Numbered from the stretch's first letter, positions 37,536-51,944 are shown. The stretch: DNA of 64,000 nt from Dimorphilus gyrociliatus (GCA_904063045.1 CAJFCJ010000014.1:372001-436000); one strand, 5' to 3'. Notes: generated from the letters alone by a model not told the origin. A program made the numbers and translations.

Positions 37536-39707
37536 CTACTGCCTTCGTATTCTCTGTATATGCTCTTTTAGTTCAATATTCTCTTGTAGTAAACTTTCTG
37601 TGATAGGACTTGTGTTTCCACAGCCAGTTGCAGGACATCTGTATAAATCGAATAGTTAAATTATTAATTGTCTTCAGTGGGATAGGGAATAATCCTAAAA
37701 ATTTAGGCTAAGTATAAAAAAAAAATAAATTCATTACTTTGCGATATTAGGCTTTCTCTTCATATGCGCTTGGATAGCAAATTTTTCATAGTTATGTTGG
37801 CAAATCATATTCATAACCGGATCTTTCATGTTCAGCTGTGTAATAGGACACTTAATACCGATTTCCGTATCACACAATATCAAATCGTCATCTTCGTCTT
37901 CAACTTCCATTTGCTTAGAATCACTTTCATGCAATAAATTCAATATTCTGGCAGCCTGAGCGGAGCATATCTCACGAACAACGTTTTTATCACAATCTTT
38001 ATATTTTAAATTGACAAGTGCCTGAGTTTTCTTTTCTCTTAAAGGCTTCAAGCATATTAGAAAGTATTTATGACTTTCGTTATCCGTTACTTTTCCATAA
38101 TAAGGCTCCGAACCGAAAGTCATCTTTAATTTGTTCCTCAATGTATTCATGGCAATTGGTCCGAATTCAACGAATAAACAGCCCTTCTCGATATTAACTT
38201 TGATATGTACTATATCTTTTAAACTGCAGTCAAAGTTTATCTTCTTGTTTTCATGATAAAATATTAAATTAAGTGAGTGTCCTGATAGTTTACATTCGTC
38301 TTTTTCGTCAGATTTAATAACTAATGATCCTATATGAATTTCTTTCATGTCTAATCTACAAGCTTCAACGTGCCACTGGCACTTAGTAAAATTTGAGCCG
38401 TTCCACATTCCGATATATGAATCTCCGTTATCTCTAACCCTATAGATGCCATTTTTTGATAAATCGCTCACGATTCTCTGCCTTTCCATTGGATTATTTG
38501 GTAATACAATTTCTGGTTGCGAGGACACGAAACTCGTTGGTAGCTGCTGAGTAGCTGATGTTGACTAATAAAAAATTATAGTCAAATTAAGTTCAGGTGA
38601 AAATAAAATTTAACTCTTTTCCTGGAAATAACTTACAGCAGCAGCACAATCCTTCTGTTGGGTAACAGTGATATTCCTGGGAGTAGTTAACGTTACTGTA
38701 GCTACCTGAGGTTGTCGTGCACTAATTGCATTAATAGTCTGTATGTTGGTGGCCTGTTTATATAATAAAGAATTAATTCAAAATTACCATTTATATTGAA
38801 AATTAGCTGAGACTTTTTTTTTATTTTGCTCAAGATTTTACATGTATAATAACAAATTATAGTTTTTACCAATTGCAAGTTGGATGGACTACTGTTAAGC
38901 CAAGCAGTGAAGTTTCCTTCAGTTTGAAACAGCAAGTCCAAGACTTGGGTTGGTGATATTATTGTTAATAACTCTTCCTGACGCTTAAATTTGTTTTTCA
39001 TCAAGGCACATTTTGAAGCTATTTGATTCTTCATTGACTGAGTTATGTCATTAGGCGTCAAGATGAAAATTAGGCACCTTTGTAATTCTCCTAAAATTCA
39101 TAAAGAATATTTATTATTTAATGTAAAAAAGAGATAAAGAACATAATTATTCTATCAAAAAGAAGAAACGTGTTGTATACTTTCGTTATTATCTCCGAAC
39201 TCTTCATTACTGAGGTTAAAAATTTCTTTCAGTTGTCTGATTGATGAAGACTCTAAATGAACAAACATAGCCGGGAACGGATGTTGAAAGTTAATAGTTA
39301 TTCTTGTTATTGATTTTGTATTAATCAAAACCGGGGAAAATTCTCCTTCATCTTCATTAAAACATATTCGTTTAGAATTAATAAAATTTTACCTAAAATT
39401 AACTCTTACTTTTCACGTGGAACATAACGCCATCGTTTTGGAAAGTTACTTTGGAATTATGAGAAGTAGTTTCGAATTTCCTAAGTCCCATTCTTATTTC
39501 CATAACGACTAAAACAGGATCAGTTGATGGAGGTGGTCCTGCAGTTATTGGCTGTCTTGGAATAATAGTTGGAATAGTTTGTTGCGAAACGACCGAGCGG
39601 CCTGGCTGGCGTATTAATGTGTGAACAGGCACAGTCATTTGATTAGTGTTAGATATTGTATTTGGCGGCTTCATAAGGGCAATATTTTGTGCTGGATATC
39701 GCTGCAT
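37536..39707 (-). CDS. SP-RING (NSE2/MMS21-type) SUMO-ligase-like protein with two N-terminal SENP6/7-type PH-like domains
   Basis: C-terminus DDDLILCDTEIGIKCPITQLNMKDPVMNMICQHNYEKFAI...KCPATGCGN (last exon 37639-37536). Upstream repeats LVVMEIRMG.. and LDMKEIHIGSL...LRNKLKM...ESHKYFLICL. Confidence 0.7.
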
Positions 39708-39789
39708 TATACCAAATACTAATGCTTTCTAATGACACCATATAAAATCTTAAATCTTCCACTTTCAAACTCTAACCAACAAATTTATC

Positions 39790-40004
39790 TTGGGGCTTCC
39801 GGTCTATATTTCCGGCGATTGTCGGTTGACCGGTTTCCAATTTAAATAAAAGAATATAAATGTTGACTTTTCGAAATATAATTTTGTAATAAAAAAATTT
39901 AGATTTTAAAATTTTTCAGGGCAATTGATTTTCCATATTTCATTAGCACTACATTAGCTATATTACGAAGATCTTCCAACTCGTCACTTCCGGCGGCCAT
40001 CTTG
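39790..40004. promoter_or_regulatory. Bidirectional housekeeping promoter with ETS/GABP (CTTCCGG) and YY1-like (GGCCATCTTG) motifs
   Basis: 330-bp head-to-head gap; CACTTCCGGCGGCCATCTTG at 39985-40004 and GCTTCCGG near 39795. Confidence 0.5.
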
Positions 40005-40036
40005 AAAATTTTGAAACACCCACTTCGTCGAACAAA

Positions 40037-41782
40037 ATGGACAATTTCAAAGCCTTGGGAGACACACCACCTCCAAATGTAGTTGAAGAAGACCCGGCAG
40101 CTGAATTCCTAGCTGCTGAACAGAATCAGCTGGCACAACTCGAAGGAGATGACTTTGACTTCGACCAAGCGGCTGGTGAGAATATTCTTTTTTCAATTAG
40201 TCATAAGTCTTTCAACAATAAATCATCTATTTCAGGATTACAAAATGGTGACACTAATCCAGAAGTCAAGAAAGACAAGGTAAGTGTCTCTTAATGTATT
40301 TGTTTTTTTGTTTTTCGGTACTTGACATATAAAAATACCTTTTATCACTATAACAAAGGAAGAGAATGTAAATTCAACAAATGATATTGGGATTTTTGAC
40401 GACGTAGCTAATGACCCAGCTGATTTCGTAAGGCATTTTATAGGGTTTTTGTTTCACCAATCCTTGATCTCTTTCTTAACTGCCTTTTACTATTTGCTTT
40501 ATAATAACCTTTGCAAGAGTGGAAAAATTGAAAAAAATTTCAAGATCAAAATTGAACATAAATGTTTTTCAGATGTCCGAAGGGCAAAATCAGCCAGCTT
40601 CTTATTCTCCACAGTCGACTTTGCCCAAAATCGAACCGGAACCAATCAGAAAATGGAGAGAAGACCAAGCAGTTATGCTAAAAGAGAAAGATGCCGCCTC
40701 TGAGGTAAATTTTGATTATATTAAATTTAATAAATGAATTTATGTATATATATATATAGAAGTCTATAGTTTAATCAATTAATTTAATTTAGGAAAAAGC
40801 TGCTGAATGGAGACAACAGGCTTGTCAGGAATTAGATGACTGGTATCGTCATAGAGAAGAACAGCTTCAAAAAACTAAAGAAACGAACAGGTATGACTAA
40901 ATGTGTTTCCTCTACAAAAAACACAGAGATTTGCCTCTACCACGATTTCTAAAGAATATGCATCATATTTTGCTGTTGAAAGACTTTTTAAAAAGAAAAG
41001 TTCAGCAAAAAATGCTGCTATTTTGATTTTTGTCACCTTGTCAATTTTTAATCGCAGACAATAGTGTTTTCAAGTGCTTAACTGTTTGTTAAATGCGATT
41101 TTTTTCTCTTTTTTGCGATGTCTGCTTTCTTCAGGGAATTAAACAAGTGAGTGAGTCTGTGTCTTGTCAACTTGCATTCTTTTCTTGGTGTCTGAGGCTG
41201 TCTATTACACAATTTAGTATTTCCTTCTTTGAGTATGTAATATAAAGCCTCTTGACGTTGTTTCAGCATCTCAAACCATTATATTTTTTATAAAAAAAAG
41301 TCATAGTTACAATTAGTCAAAATAGATTGATATACTTACATAACTAACTGGATTCAGTGTGTAAACCGAAAAAAGAAAGATCGAGTGGCTTAAACTGAGC
41401 AGTTAACCAAGTTTTTATTTTATTCTCCTATTTATTATTTAGATTTTGTTTTACATGAAACAAAAACCACCTAATTTGTAAATCCGTCATTAATAAGTGT
41501 TGAAATTACCCACAGAATCCTCTTATGTTTTAGGAGCATTAATTTCTATTTTTGAATTTGACAAATTTGTATTTATTTTTGCTTTTTCGTTTTATTTATA
41601 GAGAATCTGAGGCGGCTTACATGTCTGACAGAGATAGACCACAACCAGGTCACGAATGGGAGAAGGTTACTAGTTACTGCGAATTTAATCCGAAATCTGC
41701 CCCCAGATCTTCAAAGGATTTGTCTCGCATGCGCGGCATTTTATTGCAACTGAAGCAGAATCCGATAGAAATTCGTCAATAA
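40037..41782 (+). CDS. CLTA: Clathrin light chain
   Basis: EEDPAAEFLAAEQ; EPEPIRKWRE; EWRQQACQELDDWY; EWEKVTSYCEFNPK..KDLSRMRGILLQLKQ. Confidence 0.95.
41135..41146 (+). other. Candidate 12-nt in-frame microexon of clathrin light chain
   Basis: Long pyrimidine tract with TGC motifs, then ttcag|GGAATTAAACAA|gtgagt. It preserves frame between the NR and ESE exons. Confidence 0.6.
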
Positions 41783-42466
41783 AAACTATAGATCATTGTT
41801 GGTGTGCACGTTGGTAATTTAGTAGGTAAAAAAAAACGAGATACAAAGAACAAATCTTTGCAATAACAAGCATTTTTTTTTCCATTTATTTAAAATGATT
41901 AACTAGATTTATTTCGCTAAATGTTGTCGAGGTGAACTGTAAGAATACTGAGTCTAGTCTCATCTAAGAGGACTTATATCGCATTCCTTAATACAGTCTT
42001 GAATCGAGATAAGTAAAAAAAAATCACTTAAAAACATTGTGAATTTTCATACTTTACCTCATTCAATTTGTCAGTCATTTCTCTTCATCTAAAGACGCGT
42101 TCATCTAGCAAATATATTTAACAGATCAATCACGTACCTCCTATAAACCTTAAACAATTATACGAATAAAATTGTCAAAAAAGCTTGAAAACATGAGATT
42201 GTTAATGTTCCAATTTTTTATTTCAACTCCAAAACTCGACGATTCCCGCCAAACCTTTTAGTCTGTGAATTCTCTTTAGAGAATTTCTTCCACATATCTT
42301 TGAGCTGTATTAGTTACTTTGAAGACGTTGAAATCTATTCTGAATTTAGCACTACTCTTAATAGTATTTAGCATTACCACAAAAAAACTGGTTGATGATA
42401 TCTGGAACTTCATACGAATTCACACATTTGCTCTTTTTAATATTTTAATTGGAGCACAACTTCATT

Positions 42467-43479
42467 ATGTCGAAGTCTATAAAACTGTTTTACGATTTCG
42501 CATCGCCCTACTCCTATATAGGATTTGAGGTTTCCCATCTAACTTTTATTCTCTTCTGTTTAGATTTCTATTATTGTTTTGTTGTTGTCTAAACAATTAT
42601 AGCTTGCAAAGCGTCTAACAACTGCTTGGAAAGTTGACCTTCACTTGAGACCGATGCTGCTTGGTGGAATATTTAAGAAACTGAAATCAGCTGCACCTTC
42701 AGACCCTAAAAAGGTGTACACAGATATTGACCTTAAAAGACTATGTCGTTATTATCATATACCTATGGTTGACAATCGTGCAGTAAGTAAAAGAAAACTA
42801 AACATACTCAATCAAAACAATGAAATATATTCCACTTATTCTACTTTGTGCAGTTTTTTGTTCAAGTTGCAATCTTTAAGGGAACTTTAATACCGATGAG
42901 GTTCATTACAGCCATTGATATGAAGAAGCCAGATATAACAGAACAAGTTTCAAGTGCAATATATAGAGCATTCTACGTAAAAGTATATAACCAAATAATT
43001 TTCCTTTTTCGTCTATTGCCCATCCTCTAATTCCTTTCGCAGGAGCAAGATATTAATGAAATTGATATTCTAAGAAAAGCAGCTCTCAGTTGTGGATTAG
43101 ATGCACAATTCGTTGATCAATGCGTCTCCGACATGACGAGTGATCCTGTTAAAAATCGACTTAGAAATTTTACTGACGAAGCTTTAGATTCGGGTAAAAA
43201 AAATTTTTAATGTTCATAGCATAGATAATTGGCTTTGTTTATTTATTATCCGTAAACTTTCCTCTCTTTCAGGTTGTTTCGGTGCGCCTTGGTTCGTTAT
43301 TAGGGATGAAAGGAACGTTGATCATAGCTTCTTTGGTTCAGAAAGAATTAACGTGATGGCTGACATTCTGGGTAGTAAAAAAAAACTTTCAATCAAAAAC
43401 TTTTGTTTTCTTTCCATCTAATGCTTTCTCTTTTAAAGGTAAAGAATATCCAGGACCAATAAGGCAATCAACCCTATAA
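42467..43479 (+). CDS. GSTK1: Glutathione S-transferase kappa
   Basis: MSKSIKLFYDFASPYSYIGFE; LRPMLLGGIF; PMRFITA; GCFGAPWF; FFGSERINVMADILGKEYPGP. Confidence 0.93.
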
Positions 43480-43669
43480 ACCCTAGTGAAAATAACAAAT
43501 ACGATACACACTATTTTAAATTTGATTGAATAAATGTAAACTTTTGAAATGAAATGATAAAGAATCAAATAAAAATCCGTAACTTTTTTATATACACGTA
43601 TTATCAATTGTAAACAATGAGCGATAATTACGAGTTTTTTCTCTGGCGCGAAGTAATATTGGCAAAGTA

Positions 43670-44572
43670 ATGAATGTTTTGCTGAGGCGTTCCCTTCATT
43701 GCGATATATTTACCACGTTCTTTCAGTTTCGGTTTCGACCATCACACAGAAATATGTCCGAGATAAAAAAGATAAAAATTTCGAAAGAAAATCAATCCGA
43801 GGATAATTTGGTATGGATTGATTGTGAGGTTTGTTTTTCATATTTTCCACAGTAATATTTATATATAAGATCTTGTCGTCTATTAGATGACAGGTTTAGA
43901 CCGAAAAAAAGACAAACTCGTGGAAATTGCTTGCATAATTACTGATGGAAATTTAAATATAATTGCTGAAGGTCCCGACATAGTTATTCATCAAGACGAT
44001 GAAACTCTAAGGGGCATGAATCTCTTTGTACAAAATATGCATAGAAACGTAAGTGTATACACGCGTATCTACATTTTAAAATATTCCTTAATTATCTTAC
44101 TTCATCTTGTATATGAAAAACACTTTCCTTTCCTCTTTTAGTCTGGCTTAACTAGAGAAATTCGAAATAGTAAAATTAGTACTAAAGAAGCTGAGGACAA
44201 GATACTATCATTTATTCAAGAGTACGCTCCGTACGGCAAATGCCCTTTGGCTGGCAATTCTGTTCATTGTGATAAAGAATTTCTGAGAAACGAGATGCCC
44301 AGAGTAAATTTTTCGACCTAAATTATAATGTTAAACATTAATAATAAATTAAACTATCTTCCACGTTTTAACAGATAGTCGAACATCTTCATTATAGAAT
44401 CGTGGATGTTAGCAGTATCCGGGAATTGTGTCAAAGATGGTATCACAATGCTTATAAAATGCCTAAAGTAGGAAATCATCGAGCTCTAATAGACATAAAA
44501 GAATCTATCAAAGAGCTAAAATTCTACAGAGAGAGAGCATTCAAGAAGAATTTTGGCATTAACGCTGAGTAA
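43670..44572 (+). CDS. REXO2: Oligoribonuclease (DEDDh) with a mitochondrial-type N-terminal extension
   Basis: LVWIDCEMTGLD; [11 protein letters not shown]; [14 protein letters not shown]; [10 protein letters not shown]; [18 protein letters not shown]. Confidence 0.95.
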
Positions 44573-44711
44573 TAGAATAAATATTAGTATATAAAATTTT
44601 TCATACTATTTAAAGAAATTACAGTAAATACAGTATAGCAAGATTAAAACCACGTAACTACGTTTGTATTAACTTTAAAACGAAAATAAGTAAACTGTAC
44701 AAGTAATACAA

Positions 44712-47700
44712 CTATGAGTCATTTATTATAGATACTACATCTTTCAAATTATGAATTCCTCTATTAATGTTAGTCTGTAGTCGTTCATATTCTTTCCCCT
44801 TACCCATCATACCGTCCAATTCCGACAATACGCAATCTATTATATTATAAGGTATTGGGTCTTTGTAACCATTTGGATCAGTATTATACAAGAGACGAAC
44901 TGTCTCCAGCAAATCGTTACTTTGGCGAGCTGCTTCCAATAGTAAACCATGTTTATAATAGAGTCTAATCAAGTCTGCCTGATCTTTCTTTCTCATTTCG
45001 TCGATAAGCCAAGCTGGAATCGGTGCATTGGAGCTTAGAAATCTTGACAGAAGCACAGTTAAATGACAACTTCCGTCTCCTGAACCGTAAGATTCTAACA
45101 GCTCCCTCAAGACTTTAATCGCCTTATCATATGCTTGACAGTCTTCTTCAAGTCTTGATAATTGAACGATTTTTAATGCCAAACGTTCAAATACAATAGC
45201 CAAATTTAACTTGCACATTATTGATAATTTTGCGGCGCACGCAAATAAATCGTTGGAACATAATTCGTGTACTAATGCACTTTCTGTATCCGCTCTACAA
45301 GCAGCCTCGTAGTTAACCTTAGATAATTCTAAACGACTACACCCAATAACGTAGTCTCTTTCCAATTCAGGAGCGTTAACAACTTTCAATTGAGAATCAT
45401 TAGCTTTTAATATGTTTCCGTCTTTATCATATTTTACCTCAACAACAAGCTCAACTGGTTCAACAATGCAGAAATTTGTCTTTTCCAATTCCATATATTT
45501 GCTTGCAATTGAATATGTAGACGCCAAAGCGAAAGCATTTTGATTAACCCAACTTGGATCATCCGGTTTCTCTGCGCAGAGTCTTCTTGAATATTCATGC
45601 ATAATACCAGCTGCGCGAACGTCTTCTTTATATTTTAAATGAAGACAGTGCAGAACTTCGTACAAATTTAGTGGTTCAACTGGAACTGGTAGAGATCTGG
45701 CTCTCATTTCCAAGACTTTAACAAGTTCATCATAAACTTCACTAGACCAATTTAACTTAAGAATGATATTTAGCTTATTCGACGAGCTTAGTACGTGCGT
45801 AAACTGTACCAAACAGTTTCGTAATATATCTTCGTATCCTGCTAATTTTACAAGAGCATCACAGCAGTCCTTAAATTTTTTGGCTGAAAGACTAAGCGTA
45901 AATTTCATAGATAACAATTGACTATATATCGCAGCTCCTTGAGGGAATTTAGCAATGTTGTTCCGCTCCATCTGACCAATAGATTCGTCAAGAATAACTT
46001 CTAAAATTGGATCCCTGTCTAAGCAATAGATTATTTGCGCTGTTTTGTAAAGAAGAAGTGCTTTTGAGCTATAATTAGGATCAGTTTCATCAATAACATC
46101 ACTGGCGTCGATAATCTCGTCGGGGAAATTAGATATCTTATTAAGACATAAAAGCACGTCTTGAGGATGATAAGATAAGTAAGCCCTTGCTAAAGATTCT
46201 AGAAAGTATAAAATGTCAGATTGTTCCATTATACTTTTCGCAATATCCAAACGAGCAATCTTTCCGCAATCAGTCCAATCAATAACTGCTTCAAAACATC
46301 CAGAAGATATTAAACCTGCCGCGGTATTTACGCAAACCTCTAAATTAGGTAGAGAGGCTCGCTGAATGAACTGCGATAGACATTCAAATTGTATGGGTAG
46401 TGACTTAAATGTCTGCTTTACCAGCGAATAGTAATTTGTAACAAAGTTATCATCACCTAGGAGTATATCCAAAATTCCAATCTTTTCTTTCTCAATACAG
46501 CCTTTATAAGATGAACACCTTAAGAAAGGTAGATAATTGGTAATTTCGTTGACGACTGATCCATCTAATATCGTTCTCTCGTAGGTTCTGTGCAGCATAT
46601 TATGGAATGCGTTGAGTACAGCTAACAAACTGACTAATTCTTCAATAAACGAATCGTCAATACCAAAAAAACGTTCGCATAATATGGAAAGAATAGTGAT
46701 ATCAAGTACTAGAACCCTTTTCTTAGCAATTCCATATGTAATTTTGGAGCGTAGTACTTTCTTGGAAATTGTAGACAGACTACATTCAATTGGACCGGAC
46801 GGTGGATATCCCTCAGCATCTAGAGCAAATAGAGAATCTTGAAGAACACCTGCTATGTACGTAATAGCCTGTTTTTTAATCTGAAGATTTGACTTTAACG
46901 AATTTTCAAAATTAATTCTCTCTTCCATATCACTCCATCCACCGTCCATAATTCTATCTACAAATTTAGTTACTCCATTCTCCGGATTGGCCTTTATATC
47001 CATCCATAAACAATCTTGCATTTCGGGTGAAATTCTCTCTTCAATTAGGACAATTGCTGGTTGTAAACTTTGTAATAAATCATCGATATTCCTTTCATCT
47101 TTTTTCATATAAGTAGAAGGCTTTAGCCTTTTTGAATAGATGCAAAAGTACGAATCTGACGACGCAAATAGAAAAGAATTGCAATCGCTAACATTTAAAG
47201 AAGCTGGTCGTCTCATAGATATTTCACTACGAACGCAAGTTTGATAAATTTCATTCCAAATATAAAATTCAACCTGACGAACAGTCGATTCGGCATCGTC
47301 ACTTGATCGTCTACTTTCAATTTCATTTTTAGCAAGCATTTGTATAGCTTCTAATATTGTAATTCTACTGGGAAATTCATTTTTACCAACATGCATAGCG
47401 TTCGCCAAAGTTTTTACGTGGAAAAGTTCCTCATCCGCTAGCTTATTAAGGAAGACTTCTGAAATTTTCTCTTCAGAAGATATATTCACGCTAGATAACA
47501 ATTTTTGATATCCAATATCCGAATCAATTTCAGTCAATTTATAATCTTTAGTCCTTTCAATCGGCATTTCTAAAATCTGTAATGAAAAAGTAATGAATAA
47601 ATTAAACTAGCCGTGAATTTTTCTTGTATGCTTAGTAGTTTTAATAACGCTCTTTACCTGATGTCCGCTATCGTCTTGCAATAGAGTATAAATCATTCCA

Positions 47701-48820
47701 AAACTTTCACAGATATCAATTATTTCGCAGCTATCCACTTCAAGGTTATTCATACTTAATAGTTTAACATCCTGCCTTTTCTCGAATACATGAACGAGAT
47801 ACTTTCTATCGCATCTTATAATTAATAGAATATAGATTCCAGATTCAGTTTCTGATATCAGTAGTCTTGCAGATTTAGGCTTAAAAGATTTCTTCTTTTC
47901 GGTATTGTCGTGTAAATTAGATAAAAGAATAATTGATAATTTAGAGTTTTCATCAGTTATACATAATTTATCTTCGGTTGTTAAAGCGGCAGCAACAACA
48001 CCTTTAGTTGTCAATTTAGCAGCAACTTTGACAATTGAATGCGTCTTCTGAAACATTCTAGGGAGCAAATTTAACCCAGTACAACTTAAAGACTGAGTTG
48101 TCATTTCAAAATTTGAGATTGAATAGATAGGCAAAAATGATATCTTGACGCTACTATCAATATCCTTTTCTGAACAGCAAATTCCAATTCTATCATTGCT
48201 TATAAAGATTGTTGCTGCATCAAGAGGTTTCGGAGTTTTAACTATATATTTATCAACAAATTCGCTGAGACTCGACTGCTTAGCGTTTGGTGAACCTGTT
48301 AAAGAATATAAATTGTATTAAAGTAGTTTTTTTAATTTAGAATAATTTAAATTCCACCAGATTGAATATTACAATTTCAGGACATTTGTATTGTACATTA
48401 CACGCAATTTAACGTGAACTTACCTCTGAATATATATTGACGAAATTCATTTTCTCCAACTATAACAATTATAGCGAATCCGCTTACGTAGAATGGCTTA
48501 ACAGAAATTACTTTAGAATCGCATCGTATTTTAACATGATTTTGACTTAATTGGTCATAAAACGATAATTCTATAAGTTCTACAACGTTTTCCCGGCATC
48601 TCCACTCAATCGCCAGAGCTCGCGCCTCATTGTACTCAGTTCCGCTGGAGGTAAAATCGTGTAGTACTTGAACGTACGAAAGTTCATCTTCTTTGCAAGA
48701 TGTATTTATAGCGTTTGACCGTAAATTATTTCTATTAAATTGAACTTCTTCGAAACTGTTTACCGGCGCGGTTACGTCCATTTTAAACGGAGGCGGAAAC
48801 TGTTTGAACACTAGCGACAT
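44712..48820 (-). CDS. NUP160: Nucleoporin Nup160
   Basis: Beta-propeller-like N-terminal exons plus a long helical exon (951-aa ORF) ending PAWLIDEMRK..LIRLYYKHGLLLEAA..PYNIID; overall size fits Nup160. Confidence 0.75.
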
Positions 48821-49275
48821 CTGAAGTCGTAAATTTAAGTTACTATCGTTTACTAATTTTCTTGATAGCTAGAGTTATTTCAAAAACGGACAAAGCGTTA
48901 TTTTAACTCTAAAAAGTAGACAAGAGTACTTTTAACAATTGATAAGATATAATCAATTTAGACAAGTAGTTCCGTTATTTCAAACTTAGAACCTTTAATA
49001 TCTGTATCAATTGCAGTTGTCTAAAGTCAATTAGATACTTTAATATAAAGCAAGTAATGTAAACTTTAGTCAAACAATTAACTTGAAAATTTATAATAAA
49101 GAGAGAAATACATAGTTCTCTTTTGAAAAACAAACTGTATTATATTTAATATAAACAATATAGTACAGAATCTATAAAATAAACTAGAAATTGACTGCTC
49201 AAGAGTAAATCTCTACTTAACAATGAAAAAGAACTAGACAATAGGAAGAAAACATTCATTACTACTGTAAATTTT

Positions 49276-51252
49276 TTATGATTTATCTATTTTTCTATTT
49301 GTTCTTTTTGTTTGAACGAGAAATACTCTTTTCGTCCACGAATCAATGTTTCCTAATCTTTCAATTTCAATTTCAAGATTTGACGTTTTAAGCATTAATT
49401 CAAGTATGAATTTTGAATGATTATTATATGGTATAAATTCATCAAGAGTTTCGTAATAATGCTCCCTTGCCTTGTTTAATTCTCCTAAATATTCTTCAAT
49501 TTTAGCTTGTTTATATAATATCATACCAATAGTTGAATGAGGCGAACCGTAGAATAGTCTAAAAAACAAATTAAGACTCATTAACTAAACAATAGAAGTG
49601 TTTTTATCTATAAAAAAAACACACCTTAATGAATCAATAAACTCCTTAAAGATGTTACTTTTATACAATTCTTCAAATTTCCCACAACCAATCGAAACAT
49701 CAATGTACAACCTATGGAATGCTGCCAATCTTCTATTCAATTTATAATAGGTTTTTCGAACACTGTTCAAAAGGTTTGCGCATATTTCATATATTCTTGA
49801 ACAGTCTAGTGAAAAATATAAACAATATATAATATTCTTATAGTAAAATAACTGTTGAATCATACCGTCTTCCCTATTAATTTCATACTTTTCGCAGATT
49901 AATTTACCAACTTTTTCATCAATAGTTAAAGATTCTTGAAATACGTTATTATCCATTTGACTATCGCATTTTGAACATTCTTTATCTAAGTTGTTTTCAA
50001 GATATTTATAAATTAATAATTAGAAATATATAAGTGTACAAACAAACTTTTTCTCTCAATATAACCGTCGCAATCACTTGATCGACATTTAAAACCCCTT
50101 TCACTATTCAACTGTAAAATTACATAATATTATTGATTGTTTGATTGATATATCTATATTTACAAGTTGTTCATCCGAACATAATTCGCATTGACAATTA
50201 AAATAGTAGGCTTTTTCTAATTGTTCAATCCTTTCGGTTGAGTATTGAAGGATGTCTATATAAGAGATAGTCGACGGTCTTTCGTCAAGTTTAAAAACTC
50301 TTAGTCGAGCACCGGCGAATGAGCAGAGGGCCGACGGTTTACACGAATGATCCATACCTGATGGACTAATAAGATTATATTATATTAGTATATACCTATA
50401 AATTATAAATTAATTACTCAAGGTAAAGTCCAGATCCAAGGGTAATGTCATCTTCAATGATTGAAAACGTATTAATTACCATCTAAGACATATTTGAAAA
50501 TGTAACGGAATAACAAAATTTAATAGTTATTACATCTTTCAATTGAAATGAATAGATAAAGTCACCTTTCCGAAAGTAGTTAGTAATTCTTCAGGAGTTG
50601 GAAGTTCATAAATTGAATCAGTGAACACTTTTAAAGTATCAATTATCAATTTGAATTCATCCATTCTTTTCATATCTTTTTCAATATTTTCTTTATCTAT
50701 TTTATATAAATTGAATTTATTAAATATATCATTTACAATGCTTTTTAATTATATTCTTACGAGATATAAGATCATTAAAGGTGCGAATTGAATTTGGTTG
50801 TAAATCAGCATTGTTTCTTGATCTTATTATTATCCTAAGTAATAGTCTAGCCTCTGGACGAGGAATATAATTTTCGCCAGAACGACTTAAGCAACGACAT
50901 TCAATTTTGTGATAAGCTTTCCAACTATCTTTTTGACACTTTTTACTACAATAAAAAGTCAATTTGCAACCGCTACACTTTTGAAGTTTTGTTGGCCTGT
51001 TGAAATGTTAAAGTTTGAAAGAAATCTATCTTTTCTCAACAACTTTTGTGCATTGGTCTTAAGTATTGTTTACCTTGGTAAGTTTTTATCGTCCAAGTCT
51101 TTGGCGGAATAAAGGGTCTCATCGAAACTTGGAGATTGATCTCCTGAAAAGCCAAGTTTTAAACAGAAGTCACATCTCGACTCTCTATGTTCTGTTTCTA
51201 CAACAGATGCATAAGGATAACAATCAAATATCTCTTCCATTCTATCAGTCAT
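49276..51252 (-). CDS. SMYD3: SET and MYND domain lysine methyltransferase
   Basis: PYASVV..RCDFC; YCSKKCQKDSWKAYHKIEC; DHSCKPSA; ISYID..YYFNCQCELC; TPR-like C-terminus. Confidence 0.8.
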
Positions 51253-51944
51253 TCTTTAATAATATTGGAGTTGAAACTTCCAATTCAAATTTCGCTTAAG
51301 CCAAGGTCATTGCTAAATTATAGTAGCATTCGCAGGAGAATTTAATTTATCCCCAGAGTTAGTATTACCGTTAAAAAATAAAAAATTTTCAACATATTTC
51401 CCCATTAGCAAATAATATATTATCAATCAAATTTTCTCAAATATGACTAACAACTATCAATAAAAGCTCATTCTTTATAAAAGGTTGAATTTACTCTTCT
51501 TGTTTTGAATTTCCCTCTAAATAAACATTATTACTCTATGTTGGTGAACTCTTTTAGTTAGTTTTGAATAGTCACCACCTGTTCTTTTGCCTCCAACTGC
51601 AAATAATTTGTAAAACAAGTAATCTTATATTTTAGATATAGTTAATTAATTTATTTTCCCTACTAGTATATATTAATTAGTTTATAAAATTTCCTATAAA
51701 GTTTACATGAAAAGTAATTATTTACTATGGATGATAAGATAGTTTTTGTTGTTTTTTCGCGTGATTCGATATATTCGCTGTTTCCGAACAATTAAACGCA
51801 TTCGAACAAAGTATAATTATTTAAATTGTCTTGCTTGTACAGATTGAAGACTCTCTTTTCTGTATACCCAATTAAATTTTTTGACAACGACGACTCTTTT
51901 TTGCAACTGGCAACTCCCACTTTCCTTAAAGTTCTTTATCAATC

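Noticed and set aside
50330-50360. SMYD SET motif DHSC instead of NHSC as a possible dead enzyme
   Set aside because: To my knowledge DHSC occurs commonly in invertebrate SMYD3-like proteins, and the other SET and post-SET residues are intact.
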